A stretch of DNA of 64,000 nt from an uncultured Gemmataceae bacterium. GTDB lineage: Bacteria > Planctomycetota > Planctomycetia > Gemmatales > Gemmataceae. Each line of letters begins with the position of its first letter. Position 1 is the stretch's first letter. This document shows, in pieces, positions 1-9,817 of the stretch. The position numbers and the translations under genes are program-made. The notes under the pieces were generated by a model. That model was not told where the DNA came from, made no database searches, and saw only the letters and a list, made by a program, of their open reading frames with translations. The stretch covers positions 384,001 to 448,000 of the forward strand of contig CAVVPN010000001.1 of assembly GCA_963750165.1 (NCBI GenBank). Reading direction: 5' to 3'.

Positions 1-255
1 CAATAGCATCTCGAAGTCGAGAAACTTGATGTCGGCGATCTGCATATCACGAGACGCGATGCCCTTCATAGTGATCGGTTGCGGCAGGTGTGGCGCAGCG
101 TCAGGGAACTCCTTCTTGATGTTGTCCACGATAGAGTTGAACTGTTCGGCGATCTGGATGGAGATATGCTTCTCCTTCTCCTTCGCCGATTTGCCGTCCA
201 AGGTGTTCTTGAAGGCCGTGATCGTACCCTTGTGGAAGTCGAGCGAGGTCGGCAT
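1..255 (-). CDS. Hypothetical protein, runs off window edge; tandem paralog of 284..583
   Basis: Manual translation from ATG at 255: MPTSLDFHKGTITAFKNTLDGKSAKEKEKHISIQIAEQFN...DAAPHLPQPI..., colinear with the neighbouring ORF. Confidence 0.8.
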   Translation of the reverse strand, partial: MPTSLDFHKGTITAFKNTLDGKSAKEKEKHISIQIAEQFNSIVDNIKKEFPDAAPHLPQPITMKGIASRDMQIADIKFLDFEMLL

Positions 256-283
256 GGCTTCCCCCTCCTATTGCGCCGGGATT

Positions 284-583
284 CTACTTTCGCTCTTGGA
301 GAACGTCCAAGACGGCTAACACTTGGTTTACCATGATCTCCAGATCGAGGAATGACACTTCGGCCTGCGAAGCCAAGCGAGCAACATGACCGCCCCAATG
401 GATCGGTTGCGGTAGATGGGGTGCTGCTTCGGGTGACGCCTTCTTGATCTCTTCGATGACGGTGTTGAACTGCTGGGCGGTTTGGATCGAGATGCGCCCG
501 TCCTTCTCCTTGCCGGACTCGCCGTCCAGCGTGTGCTTCACAGCCAGCATCTTCGCCTTGATGAAATCAAATGCCGTTGGCAT
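284..583 (-). CDS. Hypothetical protein (99 aa)
   Basis: ORF with upstream GGGGAG RBS-like motif; shares TLDG, ISIQ and AAPHLPQPI with the adjacent paralog. Confidence 0.8.
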   Translation of the reverse strand: MPTAFDFIKAKMLAVKHTLDGESGKEKDGRISIQTAQQFNTVIEEIKKASPEAAPHLPQPIHWGGHVARLASQAEVSFLDLEIMVNQVLAVLDVLQERK

Positions 584-600
584 GTGAGTCTCCCCGTTGG

Positions 601-1248
601 TCAGGCCGGGTTCCTGCTGATGAAGTCTCTGATCCCGGCCACCATCAGCTTCACTTGCTCATGGGTGTAGTCGCCATACTTCCCATGCGCCGCAGCATTC
701 CGAAGATCAGCCCACGCCGTTACCTGCTTCTGGTCGTTCTTGTTGTAGGCCCCAGCCTTCGCCAAATCCGAGTTCATCGAGTCGAGCTTGGGCTTCGGCG
801 GGACCGTGACGCCGTGCTTGCCGCAGAGCTTCCGCAAGTGCTCTTCGAGGACGCCGCCCGCGATGACCGCCGCAGGGTCTTTATACCCTTCTTGCAGGAA
901 GTATTCGGCCATCGCAAGGAAGTCGGAGAACAGGTCGGCGTGGATAAGTTCCTCGAAACTCTGAAGACGACCGGCCTCGTAATCGCCCCGGAGGGCGCTC
1001 AAGATCCCGCGAAGGCGGAACTCAACTTCCTCGTCGCGGCTCCTGCTGATGCTCTTCACGGTGTTCTTGAGCACCGACTCCATCTGGTCGAGGTAGGCGC
1101 TGCCCGGTGGGGCGAGCCGCCTGATCGCGGCGCAGGAGAGCGTCGTGATTTCTTGTACGTTTTCAGGAACCCAATTGCCGCTGAGTTCTTTGCGGCGCGT
1201 GAACACGGCATCAATCTGGGTCAGCGCCGTTGATTTGTCGATGGGCAT
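601..1248 (-). CDS. HEPN/DUF4145-like domain protein
   Basis: C-terminal AAVIAGGVLEEHLRKL...DLRNAAAHG contains the Rx4H motif typical of HEPN domains. Confidence 0.7.
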   Translation of the reverse strand: MPIDKSTALTQIDAVFTRRKELSGNWVPENVQEITTLSCAAIRRLAPPGSAYLDQMESVLKNTVKSISRSRDEEVEFRLRGILSALRGDYEAGRLQSFEELIHADLFSDFLAMAEYFLQEGYKDPAAVIAGGVLEEHLRKLCGKHGVTVPPKPKLDSMNSDLAKAGAYNKNDQKQVTAWADLRNAAAHGKYGDYTHEQVKLMVAGIRDFISRNPA

Positions 1249-1311
1249 AGCCTTCCTCTTCGTGGGGATGCCGTATTATAGTGTTCACGCAAAGAAAAAG
1301 GGGACGTAGTG

Positions 1312-1536
1312 TTAGTTACGAGGTGGCTGTGGGTTGATGAGAAATGGCCCCTGATCAGGTGGCACGAGTTCCAGTGTGGCCTCGACGAAATGTTCTTGCT
1401 TCCTATTGCCTTTGAGCCAGTAGGTGCAGATGACTTCTCCGCTTGGCGTGTAGCCGTCCACGGTCATGTCCGGGCCACCGCCGCTTTTTGTGCGGACTGC
1501 ATCGCCTTGTTTGAATTTCTGCATGTTCATCTTCAA
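1312..1536 (-). CDS. DUF2158/YodC-like small protein
   Basis: FKQGDAVRTKSGGGPDMTV...CTYW...F..ATLELV matches the family pattern. Confidence 0.75.
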   Translation of the reverse strand: MKMNMQKFKQGDAVRTKSGGGPDMTVDGYTPSGEVICTYWLKGNRKQEHFVEATLELVPPDQGPFLINPQPPRN

Positions 1537-2063
1537 CCTTTCTCCAGATTATGCCACTTGTCACGCACCTTACGTATAGCGTGGTAGGGGGAATTCACGG
1601 GATGGAGTCGCTTGTGGTATGGGTCGGGAAAATCGAACAACCTCCTGATCTCATCGTGATATTGGCGATAGAATCGCTCATCATCGAGTTTCCCGCCGTC
1701 GAGATACATCCCGCAGGCAAGTTCGTATGAGTTCAAAAGAACCTCGACGGCCTCCTCATAGGCCGTTTGGAAGGAAGCAATTTGACGGGTCTCGTCAGCA
1801 AGAAGTTTGGTGGGAAGTTTGCCACCTTGCAGGTCGGCTATTCGCACAAAAAGCTCGCCCACCCTCATCCTCGCCTCGTTGATAAGACGCAGGACGGAAA
1901 GTTCTGACTCGGCAGTCAGTCGTCTTCCGGTCTGTTCAGCGATGGAGTTCGCCTTCTCGGCAAGCGTGTTGGCAGCAGCAGCGCGGTCCCCGGCATTCTT
2001 GGCGCTTGATCTGTTCAAGAAATAGCTGACGATGGCCCACAGGAGCGCTGCACCGAGAGGCAC
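1533..2063 (-). CDS. Hypothetical protein with N-terminal hydrophobic anchor
   Basis: 176 aa ORF co-oriented with neighbours; start uncertain. Confidence 0.6.
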   Translation of the reverse strand: MPLGAALLWAIVSYFLNRSSAKNAGDRAAAANTLAEKANSIAEQTGRRLTAESELSVLRLINEARMRVGELFVRIADLQGGKLPTKLLADETRQIASFQTAYEEAVEVLLNSYELACGMYLDGGKLDDERFYRQYHDEIRRLFDFPDPYHKRLHPVNSPYHAIRKVRDKWHNLEKG

Positions 2064-2091
2064 GCCAAGATCACATCCTTCGTGTCCATTT

Positions 2092-2280
2092 TCACTTCTT
2101 CTTTGAATCAGATTTGCTCGCTGCTCTTTCAGCCGCCGCTTTTTGCTCAGCCGCCCGTCTCCCGGCCTGCGCCAGCTTTTCCGCCATCTCGGTCGCCATC
2201 TTCAGCAGCGCATCGGCGCTCTCTTGTAAATTTCGTTCGGTTCTGCCCACCACCTTTGGCTTGTCGTTGTTCTGGCCCAT
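2092..2280 (-). CDS. Small hypothetical protein
   Basis: 62 aa helical, Ala/Lys-rich ORF in the same minus-strand run. Confidence 0.45.
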   Translation of the reverse strand: MGQNNDKPKVVGRTERNLQESADALLKMATEMAEKLAQAGRRAAEQKAAAERAASKSDSKKK

Positions 2281-2338
2281 GTTTGTGCTCTCAGCCCTTG
2301 ATCGCTTGAAACAGATCGCCCCGATTCTGCACGCTGGA

Positions 2339-2689
2339 TTACTTCTTGATCGCAGTGAAAAGCGCCTGTAGTTGTTGCGTCATCGCCAGCAGGGCCTCGA
2401 CGCTCCCGCTCTTCGTGAACCGCCGCAGCGTTCTCGGTTGGGGCCAACCGAGTGCTTTGGCGATCTCCTCGACGATGGCTTCCTTGGCTTCTTCGGTGAG
2501 GGGCGTATCATCCTCGTAGGTGAGTGCGTCGAGCGCCCGCCCGATGGCGATGATCTCGGTCCCCAAGTTTGAAGATGCAAGGTCGCTTGCCTTTTTGATG
2601 AGACCCTTCGTCACATAGATCTGGTCACGCGCCACCGCTCGCTCGATGCGCTCCGCGTATTCTTTGCCCACTTCCTTAAACGTCGGCAT
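2339..2689 (-). CDS. Hypothetical protein
   Basis: ORF from MPTFKEVGKEY; plausible globular composition. Confidence 0.6.
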   Translation of the reverse strand: MPTFKEVGKEYAERIERAVARDQIYVTKGLIKKASDLASSNLGTEIIAIGRALDALTYEDDTPLTEEAKEAIVEEIAKALGWPQPRTLRRFTKSGSVEALLAMTQQLQALFTAIKK

Positions 2690-3074
2690 CGTTGCCCCCG
2701 TGCATTCCCGCAGTGATAACTTCCGTCCGCCTCGACCATCCACCAACACGACATTTTACCAGACGAACCCGCTCGTCCCAAGGTCAGCAGCAGGAACGAA
2801 AAAGGCCCGACGGACCTTCTCGCGTTCGGTCGGGCCTCGTGTTTGGGGAAGTGCGGGCCGTGGCGGGGCTCAAGCCGGGTTGCCCGTCTTCCCCCTGAAC
2901 GTCTCGTTCGCAGAGGGCCGTCTCGGGCAGGGAATCGGCTTCGGGCCTTCTTCCTCGGGATCTTCGCCTCGGCCAGAACGCGGGCCGCTACTCTGAAAAA
3001 GCGACCGCTTCCGAACACACGTTCACACAAATCGCGTTTTCATGCTCTCTGGGTGAACGGTAGTTCATGACGAC

Positions 3075-3185
3075 TTACTTGCGGGTGATACCGAGGACGA
3101 GCGCGATCTCGACCACTCCATTGCCCTTAGCCTTGAGTTCGTTATCCTGCGGACAACCTTGGGGGTCGAATGCGATGTCTTGCTG
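3075..3185 (-). pseudogene. Possible resolvase-type HTH remnant
   Basis: Manual translation ends ELKAKGNGVVEIALVLGITRK*, resembling the C-terminal HTH of serine resolvases. Confidence 0.3.
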
Positions 3186-3556
3186 CGGCCTGTTGACTGG
3201 ACTTTGTAGCGGCGGGAATGGCCGGACTAAGCAAGGAAAGGACGCGGACAACGGACAACTGCCTCCACCGTGCTATTCACAATGAATCGCCTCCACCGAG
3301 GCTCTGCCACCCTTTTTCGGGCACGTCGCCACGGGGAAGCAGGCCCGGTCCCTGTTCGACGCTCTGATCCAGTCGGCGGATCGGGAGATGCGGCTCGGGC
3401 AGTCATCGGCGTGGAACCGCTGTTTTGGAGATGTGTGCGACAGGAATTTAACCGATCACCGGACAATTCGTTTAAGGAATCGTTTAAGAGGAGTAATTGG
3501 CGGAAGCGTTTAATCGAGCAGTCGCCATAAACCCTTTGGGCAACTGAAGTTTCAAG

Positions 3557-3628
3557 AGCGGGCGATGGGATTCGAACCCACGACGTCCAGCTTGGGAAGC
3601 TAGCATTCTACCACTGAATTACGCCCGC
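3557..3628 (-). tRNA. tRNA-Gly(CCC)
   Basis: Reverse complement GCGGGCGTAATTCAGTGGTAGAATGCTAGCTTCCCAAGCTGGACGTCGTGGGTTCGAATCCCATCGCCCGCT folds as a cloverleaf; anticodon CCC; no encoded CCA. Confidence 0.97.
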
Positions 3629-3737
3629 AAGTAGTTATCATTTCAGGGCTTACGTCGATTGCCTGTTATGTTTCCTATCTGGTTGGAACATTGATTGGAA
3701 CAACTTTAAGCCTGGTCGCGACAAATCACAAAAAATA

Positions 3738-3948
3738 TGACACTCTAGCACCAGGGGTGGGCAGAATGCGGTAGGCGGCGCCGTAAGGCCTTTCGTTGCT
3801 GCTGCTTGCGTTACCGGCCTCGTACGCTCCGTTCGGCCGAACCGACCAGGTGGCTCACTATCGGGGCATTTGCGGTCAAAAGCGCTTGTCGGTACATGAC
3901 TTACGCTGCTTGGACGCCAATTCGGTCACTCCTGGTGCTAGAGTGTAA
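3738..3948. mobile_element. MITE (about 211 bp)
   Basis: Terminal inverted repeats TGACACTCTAGCACCAGGGGTG / CACTCCTGGTGCTAGAGTGTAA flanked by a 6-bp direct repeat AAAATA. Confidence 0.75.
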
Positions 3949-4006
3949 AAAATATTCTACCCGGCCCATTGGATACTTCAAGAGAATTCTGGAATCCAAG
4001 AGCCGG

Positions 4007-4257
4007 GGGTGTGGCAAATCTTTCGGGAGTCAGACAGCGAGGCAGAGTTGGGCCTCCCAGTAGTCCTGCCAGGCGCCGCTTTGCTCCAGGGCCTCCAGCG
4101 CCATGACGCTCTCGGCGTTGTCCCCGTCCCAGCGCCTGCCGCGCCCCTTGATCCGTTGCGTCGTTGCCTTGCACATCGACTCCGTCGGACCGCTGCCGAT
4201 CTGCCGGCCCATCTCCTGGAACTTCGGATATTGGATCATTTCCCGGCTGTCCGTCAC
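4007..4257 (-). pseudogene. ISKra4-like transposase 3' remnant with IS end
   Basis: IGSGPTESMCK..QRIKGRGRRW motif, also seen in the element at 44698; GGGTGT end at 4007. Confidence 0.8.
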
Positions 4258-4843
4258 CTAAATAGAAGCAACCAACAGGGAAAGTAGTAACTACGCTGAC
4301 CGGCCTTTGCCCTTCGGCTTCGGCTGCAAGTACACGGCATCCTGGACCTTAAAGGATTTTCGCTCGGTCAACCAGGCCAGCACCAGGTCCACCAACTCTT
4401 CGAGACTTTGGCATTGATGGTTCCGCGTGATCTGCTCGTGCAGCCGCCACCACACCCGCTCGATCGGGTTCAACTCCGGCGCGTACTTCGGCAGGAAGTG
4501 CAGTTTCACCCGATCGCCGGACTTCAGACAGAACTCCCAGACTGCCCAGCAGTCGTGGTGGATCTTGACGTTGTCGCAGATCACGTGGATCACCCGGTAG
4601 CGGCGCAGGCGCCGCCGCAGGTCGTGCAGGTGCGCCACGAACAGCGCCCGTCCTTCTTGGCCCCCCGCGTCGTGATGAGCTTGCCCGTGCGCCAGTGCAG
4701 CGAGCCGGCCAGGTAGCCCTTCTCGTTGTCGCCGGGGGTGACCACTTCGGCCTGGTGCCCCTTGCGCATCCACCTGCGGCCGATCTTGGGGTTGAGGTGG
4801 ATGTCCATCTCGTCCTCGAACACGGCCGTCTCGTCGTCGGGCG
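4258..4843 (-). pseudogene. IS630-family transposase C-terminal fragment, frameshifted and 5' truncated
   Basis: FEDE, ICDN..IH and LPKYAPELNPIERVW DDE motifs across two frames. Confidence 0.88.
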
Positions 4844-5545
4844 GCCATCCCGCTGCTGGAAGGGGTGTTCAACCAAACCCGCCGCACCTACGTGGTCCTG
4901 AGTCTGGCAAACGCCTACCTGGGCCGGTATGACGCGGCGGAGGCGGAGTATCGGACGGCCCCCGAAATGCTGGAGTGGTTGGACAAGGCCATCCGCATCC
5001 TGGAGCCCGTCGTGCAGCGGACGAACGAGCGGCCCCAAGCGCGGCAGATGCTCCTCATGGCTTACGAGCACAAAGCCTGGCAACTACCGCGGCAAAAGCG
5101 CCACCACGAGGCGGTGATCCTGTACGACCGGGCGGCGGAACTCTGCCCGGGGAGCAAACTATCTCTGTTATTGGCGAACCGGCGGAAAATGCAAGTCTAC
5201 CAATGCTAGATCCTGGTGAAGCGTGCCATCGAACAGGCGCACGCGGGGGAACACGTCAAGCCAGCCCAGTTGGCCGAGCAGTGGGGCGCCCTGCCGGGGC
5301 CGGCGAAAGAGCCGTGGGTGAACGCCAGCCGGGTTCTGTCCCAGTGCGCCAAGGTTGCCAGCCAGGAGGACCAGCGCGAGCAGTACGCTGCCAGGGCTGT
5401 GCGGCTGCTGGAGAAGGCCCGGGCGGCGGGCTGGTTCACGACCACGGCCCGGAGGAAGGAATTGGGCGATCCGGTGTTCAAGTCGCTGCGGGGCCGCGCG
5501 GACTTCCGGGCGTTACTGAGCAAGGTGGAGGCCCCGCTGCGCTGA
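4844..5545 (+). pseudogene. C-terminal TPR-like region of a 5'-truncated gene
   Basis: Helical repeats ending AVRLLEKA...GDPVFKSLRGRADFRALL, a tail typical of planctomycete kinase-TPR proteins; abuts the IS630 remnant; frame break near 5200. Confidence 0.6.
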
Positions 5546-5680
5546 AATCGTCCCCCGCCGGAGCGACACCACACGCGGTATGCTGGATTGACAGATCGCC
5601 GCCTTCCCCTTTGCCGCGCCCCGGTTTACAATCCCACAGTCGCTCGCCATCGCGTCCGCCACGCCGCCCCTGGGACCGCC

Positions 5681-6724
5681 ATGTTCGACTTTCTCCGAGC
5701 CAACGTCCGCGCCATGGCCGGCTACACCCCCGGCGAGCAACCGCAGGGCGATACCTTCGTCAAGCTCAACACCAACGAGAACCCCTATCCGCCGTCGCCG
5801 CGCGTCTTCGACGCCCTCCGCACCGCGCTGACCGGCGAACGCCTCCGCAAGTACCCCGACCCGATCGGCACCGCCTTCCGCCAGACTGCCGGCCGTGTCC
5901 TCGGCGTCGATCCCGACGGCATCCTTATCGGCAACGGCTCCGACGACATCCTGACCATCCTCACCCGTGCCTGCGTGCCGGACGGCGGCCTGGTCGTCTC
6001 GCCGACGCCGAGCTATGTGCTCTACCGCACCCTGGCCGAGCTGCAGAACGCTCGCTTTCAGACGGTGCCGTTTCGGCCCGACTGGTCGCTGCCGCAACCG
6101 TGGCCGCTGCCCGAGGCGCACGTCACCTTCGTGGCCAACCCCAACTCGCCCAGCGGCACCGTCGTGGCGCCGGCGGACCTGCACGGCCTCGCCGAACAGC
6201 TGCGCGGCCTGCTGGTCATCGACGAAGCTTACGTGGACTTCGCCGAGGCCAACGCTCTGGGCCTGACGCGGCGCCGCAACGTCGTCGTGACGCGGACGCT
6301 GAGCAAGTCGTATGCGCTGGCGGGGGTCCGCTTCGGCTTCGCGGTCGCGGATCCGGCCCTGGTGCGCGAACTGGTCAAGGTCAAGGATTCGTACAACTGC
6401 GACGTACTCAGCTTGACGGCGGCCACGGCGGCGCTGCACGATCAGGAGTACTTGTGCGCCATGCGCGGCCGCATCCTGGCGACGCGGCAGCGCCTGGAGC
6501 GGCGGCTGGCGGAACTGGGCTTCCTCGTGACGCCGAGCCAGGCGAATTTCGTCTGGTGCAGCCGGGCGGATCGGCCGGTGCAGCCGATCTATGAGGAGTT
6601 GAAGCGCCGCCGTATTCTCGTGCGCTACATGAACTACGCCGGCCACGGCGACGGCCTGCGCGTCTCAGTTGGCACCAATGAGGAGATCGACCGGCTGTGT
6701 TCGGAACTGCAAACGCTGGTTTAG
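5681..6724 (+). CDS. hisC: Histidinol-phosphate aminotransferase
   Basis: KLNTNENPY, GNGSDD, NPNSPSG, DEAY and RTLSKSYALAGVRFG motifs; adjacent to hisB. Confidence 0.96.
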   Translation: MFDFLRANVRAMAGYTPGEQPQGDTFVKLNTNENPYPPSPRVFDALRTALTGERLRKYPDPIGTAFRQTAGRVLGVDPDGILIGNGSDDILTILTRACVPDGGLVVSPTPSYVLYRTLAELQNARFQTVPFRPDWSLPQPWPLPEAHVTFVANPNSPSGTVVAPADLHGLAEQLRGLLVIDEAYVDFAEANALGLTRRRNVVVTRTLSKSYALAGVRFGFAVADPALVRELVKVKDSYNCDVLSLTAATAALHDQEYLCAMRGRILATRQRLERRLAELGFLVTPSQANFVWCSRADRPVQPIYEELKRRRILVRYMNYAGHGDGLRVSVGTNEEIDRLCSELQTLV

Positions 6725-6733
6725 AATCAATGG

Positions 6734-6834
6734 ATTAGCCACAGAGGACACAGAGAACACAGAGAGAAAGACAGAGAAAACAATTCATTGGATTTGTTTT
6801 TCTCTCTGTGTTCTCTGTGTCCTCTGTGGCTAAT
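6734..6834. repeat. Intergenic palindrome built from CACAGAG nonamer repeats
   Basis: ATTAGCCACAGAGGACACAGAGAACACAGAGAGAAA ... TTTCTCTCTGTGTTCTCTGTGTCCTCTGTGGCTAAT. Confidence 0.85.
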
Positions 6835-6848
6835 TCTGGAGCTGTGCG

Positions 6849-7459
6849 ATGAAGACTCCTTCGGCTGAAACGCTGCCGCGTACCGCCCGCGTCGAGCGGC
6901 AGACGGCGGAAACAACCGTCAGCCTGGCCGTCAACCTCGACGGCAGCGGCCGCGCCGAACTGGCCACCGGCGTCGGCTTCTTCGACCACATGCTGACGCT
7001 GCTGGCCCGGCACAGTCTCATCGACCTGACGGTGCAGGCCCAGGGCGACCTGCACGTGGACGCGCACCACACCGTGGAGGACGTGGGCATCTGTTTCGGC
7101 AAGGCGCTGGCGCAGTGCTCGGCGACAAGGCGGGCATCCGCCGTTATGGCGCCGCGACGCTGCCGATGGACGAGACACTGGTCACCGCAGCGCTGGACCT
7201 GAGCGGCCGGCCGTTCCTGGTCTGGTGCGCGGCGGTGCCGCCGGAGACGCTGGGCAACTTCAGTTCGCAGCTGGCCGAGGAGTTCTGGCGGGCGGTGTCG
7301 TCGAGCGGGCTGTTCAACCTGCACGTGCTCTGCCACCACGGTCGCAACACGCACCATATCATCGAGGCCGTCTTCAAGGCGACCGCCCGGGCGCTGGGCC
7401 AGGCTGTCGAACGCGACCCGCGCGTCAGCGGCGTGCCGTCGAGCAAGGGTGTTCTGTAG
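6849..7459 (+). CDS. hisB: Imidazoleglycerol-phosphate dehydratase (one frameshift near 7116, probably a sequencing indel)
   Basis: [10 protein letters not shown] and DAHHTVED in the first frame; [18 protein letters not shown] and PSSKGVL in the second. Confidence 0.95.
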
Positions 7460-7567
7460 CGAGTTGTCCGTCGGCGGCTGTCCGTTGTCCGTGCGTGGTG
7501 GCTTTGCTATACTCCTGGAATGGTCGGATGCCCGACAGGGGACGGCTCTCGAAGCGAGGAGAACACG

Positions 7568-8080
7568 GTGTACAAGGTTTGTGGGTTCTTGATGCTCTGC
7601 GCTCTGCTGGCGGGACTGACGGGTTGTGGCGCCAGCCAACGCGACCAGGAAATCCGTCACGTTATTGAACTTATCAGCAACGTGTCGTCCACCTACCGGA
7701 CCCTCAAGGACGACCTGAACAAGGCCAGCGACAAGCATGAGAAGGACAAGAAGCCGCTGACCGAGGAGGACTGGCGGCCGCTTGTCGTCAAGGCCGAGGA
7801 TCTGAAAAAGATCGCCCAGGAAGTACAGGCTTACAAGGGCCACCTGGACTCCTTTCGCGACAGCACTTCCGACGAGCAGAAGCGCCGCTTCGCCGAAAGC
7901 TATGGCGTTGATTTCCGCGACCGCGTGCTGGAGGTGGACCGCGAGGAGCGCGCCTACCACGTCGCCTTCAACCGAGCCTACGACCTGTCCAACGACCTCG
8001 GCAAGGAGGAGGCCGACAAGTTGCGCAAGACAGTCAAGGACGGCAAGGACGTGTTCGATCTGCTGACCAAGCAGCGCTGA
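7568..8080 (+). CDS. Putative lipoprotein
   Basis: Signal peptide with LTGC lipobox; GAGGA upstream of the GTG start. Confidence 0.75.
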   Translation: MYKVCGFLMLCALLAGLTGCGASQRDQEIRHVIELISNVSSTYRTLKDDLNKASDKHEKDKKPLTEEDWRPLVVKAEDLKKIAQEVQAYKGHLDSFRDSTSDEQKRRFAESYGVDFRDRVLEVDREERAYHVAFNRAYDLSNDLGKEEADKLRKTVKDGKDVFDLLTKQR

Positions 8081-8127
8081 CGTCCGCGGGGTGGGCCGCC
8101 GCCACTCGGTCCGGGGAGACTGGGGTC

Positions 8128-8541
8128 ATGAAGACTCGAACCGTCATGGGGTTGCTGACGCTGGCGGCTGCCGGCCTGCTGGTCCTGGTCGCGCCCGGCC
8201 AGACGCAACCGGCTGGCCATGAAGCTGTCCTCAAGGACATGCTGGCCACGCTCGGCGACATCAACAAGACGCTCAAGACCGTCAAGGACGAGGAGACCGC
8301 CACCGCCGCCCGGCCGCCGTTGCGCGACGCGGCCAAAAAGTTGCTGGCCCTGCGCAAGCTGGCCGACAGCCTCAAGCAGCCCGAAAAACAGGAAAAGGAC
8401 CGCCTGGAAGCCGCCTATAAAGTCAAGATAGAGGACGCCCTGAAGACGCTGCAGAACGAGAGCATCCGCGTCAAGGCGATCCCTGGCGGCTTCGCGGCGG
8501 TGCAGGAAATCGCCGTCGCCACCAGGAAAAAGAAGCAGTGA
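8128..8541 (+). CDS. Secreted helical protein
   Basis: Signal peptide followed by Lys-rich helices. Confidence 0.75.
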   Translation: MKTRTVMGLLTLAAAGLLVLVAPGQTQPAGHEAVLKDMLATLGDINKTLKTVKDEETATAARPPLRDAAKKLLALRKLADSLKQPEKQEKDRLEAAYKVKIEDALKTLQNESIRVKAIPGGFAAVQEIAVATRKKKQ

Positions 8542-8999
8542 GGCCCCGCATGCGCCGCCTGGTGCCCGGACTGCTGCTGACGGCGGCGCTGCTGTGTGGC
8601 TGTGGCGGCCAGCAGGACGGGTCGAAGCCGCACAAGCTCAGCGCCGCCGAGGCGAGCGACGCCCAGGCGTGGATCGATTTCACGCGCCGCCAGATCGCCG
8701 TCAAGCGCGAAATGGTGGGCATCCTGAAAACCGTCAAGGGCGGGCCATCGATGCAGGCGGCGCTGGACGCGCTGCTCAAACTGGAGCCGAAGGCCGAGGC
8801 GGTGATCCAGGAACGGCACCGCCTGCCGGTGCTGTCCGCCGCCGCCAACGATCACTACCGGGAAACCTGCGCCGAAGAGTTGGCGGACGTAAACGCGGCC
8901 GAACAGGAGCAGGTGCGGCGCATCGTTCACGACGTACGCGACGGCCCCGCATTTTTCGATACCTTGAAAGCGAAGCTGAAAACCCTTCGGTCCCCGTGA
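8538..8999 (+). CDS. Putative lipoprotein
   Basis: LLLTAALLCGC lipobox; start overlaps the previous stop. Confidence 0.75.
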   Translation: MRPRMRRLVPGLLLTAALLCGCGGQQDGSKPHKLSAAEASDAQAWIDFTRRQIAVKREMVGILKTVKGGPSMQAALDALLKLEPKAEAVIQERHRLPVLSAAANDHYRETCAEELADVNAAEQEQVRRIVHDVRDGPAFFDTLKAKLKTLRSP

Positions 9000-9030
9000 C
9001 CGCTTGACACACCTGCCTGTGGAGCTACCG

Positions 9031-9637
9031 ATGAACCGACGGTGGTTGGCCTGCTGTCTCCTGCTATGCACCGGCATCGTGGGTTGTGGCGATTCGCCCA
9101 GCCTCATCATGCGCGACACCATGACCACGGAGAACGAGTTGTGCGACCTGCTCTGCAAGGTCCCGGACAGCGACAACGCCGATGAGGTCGCGGAGGAGAT
9201 TTCCAGACTCAGGATCAAGCCGTTCAAGGAGAAAGCGGATAACTTCAGCCACCGGTCAAAAGTCTTCCAGCCGAACGACAAGGAGACCAAGAAGGAGCTG
9301 TTGAAGGCGGCCGACTTCTGGAAACCGGCGTTCGATGCGGTGGGCGCGCGGCATCCCCGGCAGCCGGGTCTACGTGGTGATCGAACGGCTGAAAAACATC
9401 GCGCTGCACCGGGCCCAGGCCCGGGCGGACGAGATCAAGGCCGGAGGGGGGCAAGCCAGGGTGGGAACCGAGGGACAGTTTGCGAACGAGGTGGAGGCGT
9501 TCGCCCAGGTCGGCAAGCGGCTGGAGATCATCGATCCGGAAAAACTGTGCCCCAACATCTACCAGCTCATCAAGGACACCGAGGGGACGGGCCTGGACGG
9601 TTTCAAGGTGGTAGAGGTCAAGAAACAGGGCGAATGA
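9031..9637 (+). CDS. Putative lipoprotein (frameshift near 9350)
   Basis: IVGC lipobox; reading continues in ORF 9335..9637. Confidence 0.65.
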
Positions 9638-9660
9638 TCCCGAGTCGCCTGGCCTGTTCT

Positions 9661-9710
9661 TGAGCCCGCAGCGCCAGCGCGGGATGTCCCGCACTGGCGC
9701 TGCGGGCTCA
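9661..9710. repeat. REP-like palindrome (AGCCCG..AGCGCCAGCG family)
   Basis: TGAGCCCGCAGCGCCAGCGCGGGA TG TCCCGCACTGGCGCTGCGGGCTCA; related copy at 12082. Confidence 0.8.
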
Positions 9711-9817
9711 GAAAACAAGAACCGCGCCGCGGCGGGATTGGCTACAATACGTTTCGACAACTAACTGGACCGTCGCCCGCGGACCTACGCCGCCAGTTCG
9801 CCGAGGGAACCCGACTC

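Noticed and set aside
2798..2838. Hairpin AGGCCCGACGGAC..GTTCGGTCGGGCCT as part of an ncRNA
   Set aside because: On the - strand it is followed by a T-run and is adequately explained as an intrinsic terminator.
4975..6646. Long alternative-frame and antisense ORFs (also 12025..13719, 18519..20453, 25566..27143, 47566..49209)
   Set aside because: They shadow well-supported genes and are expected in high-GC DNA; no recognisable motifs.
7110..7120. hisB and other frameshifted genes (PIN, WD40, sigma54 regulator, kinase) as true pseudogenes or programmed frameshifts
   Set aside because: Single-base shifts are scattered through otherwise intact genes, which is best explained by sequencing indels; this cannot be resolved without reads.
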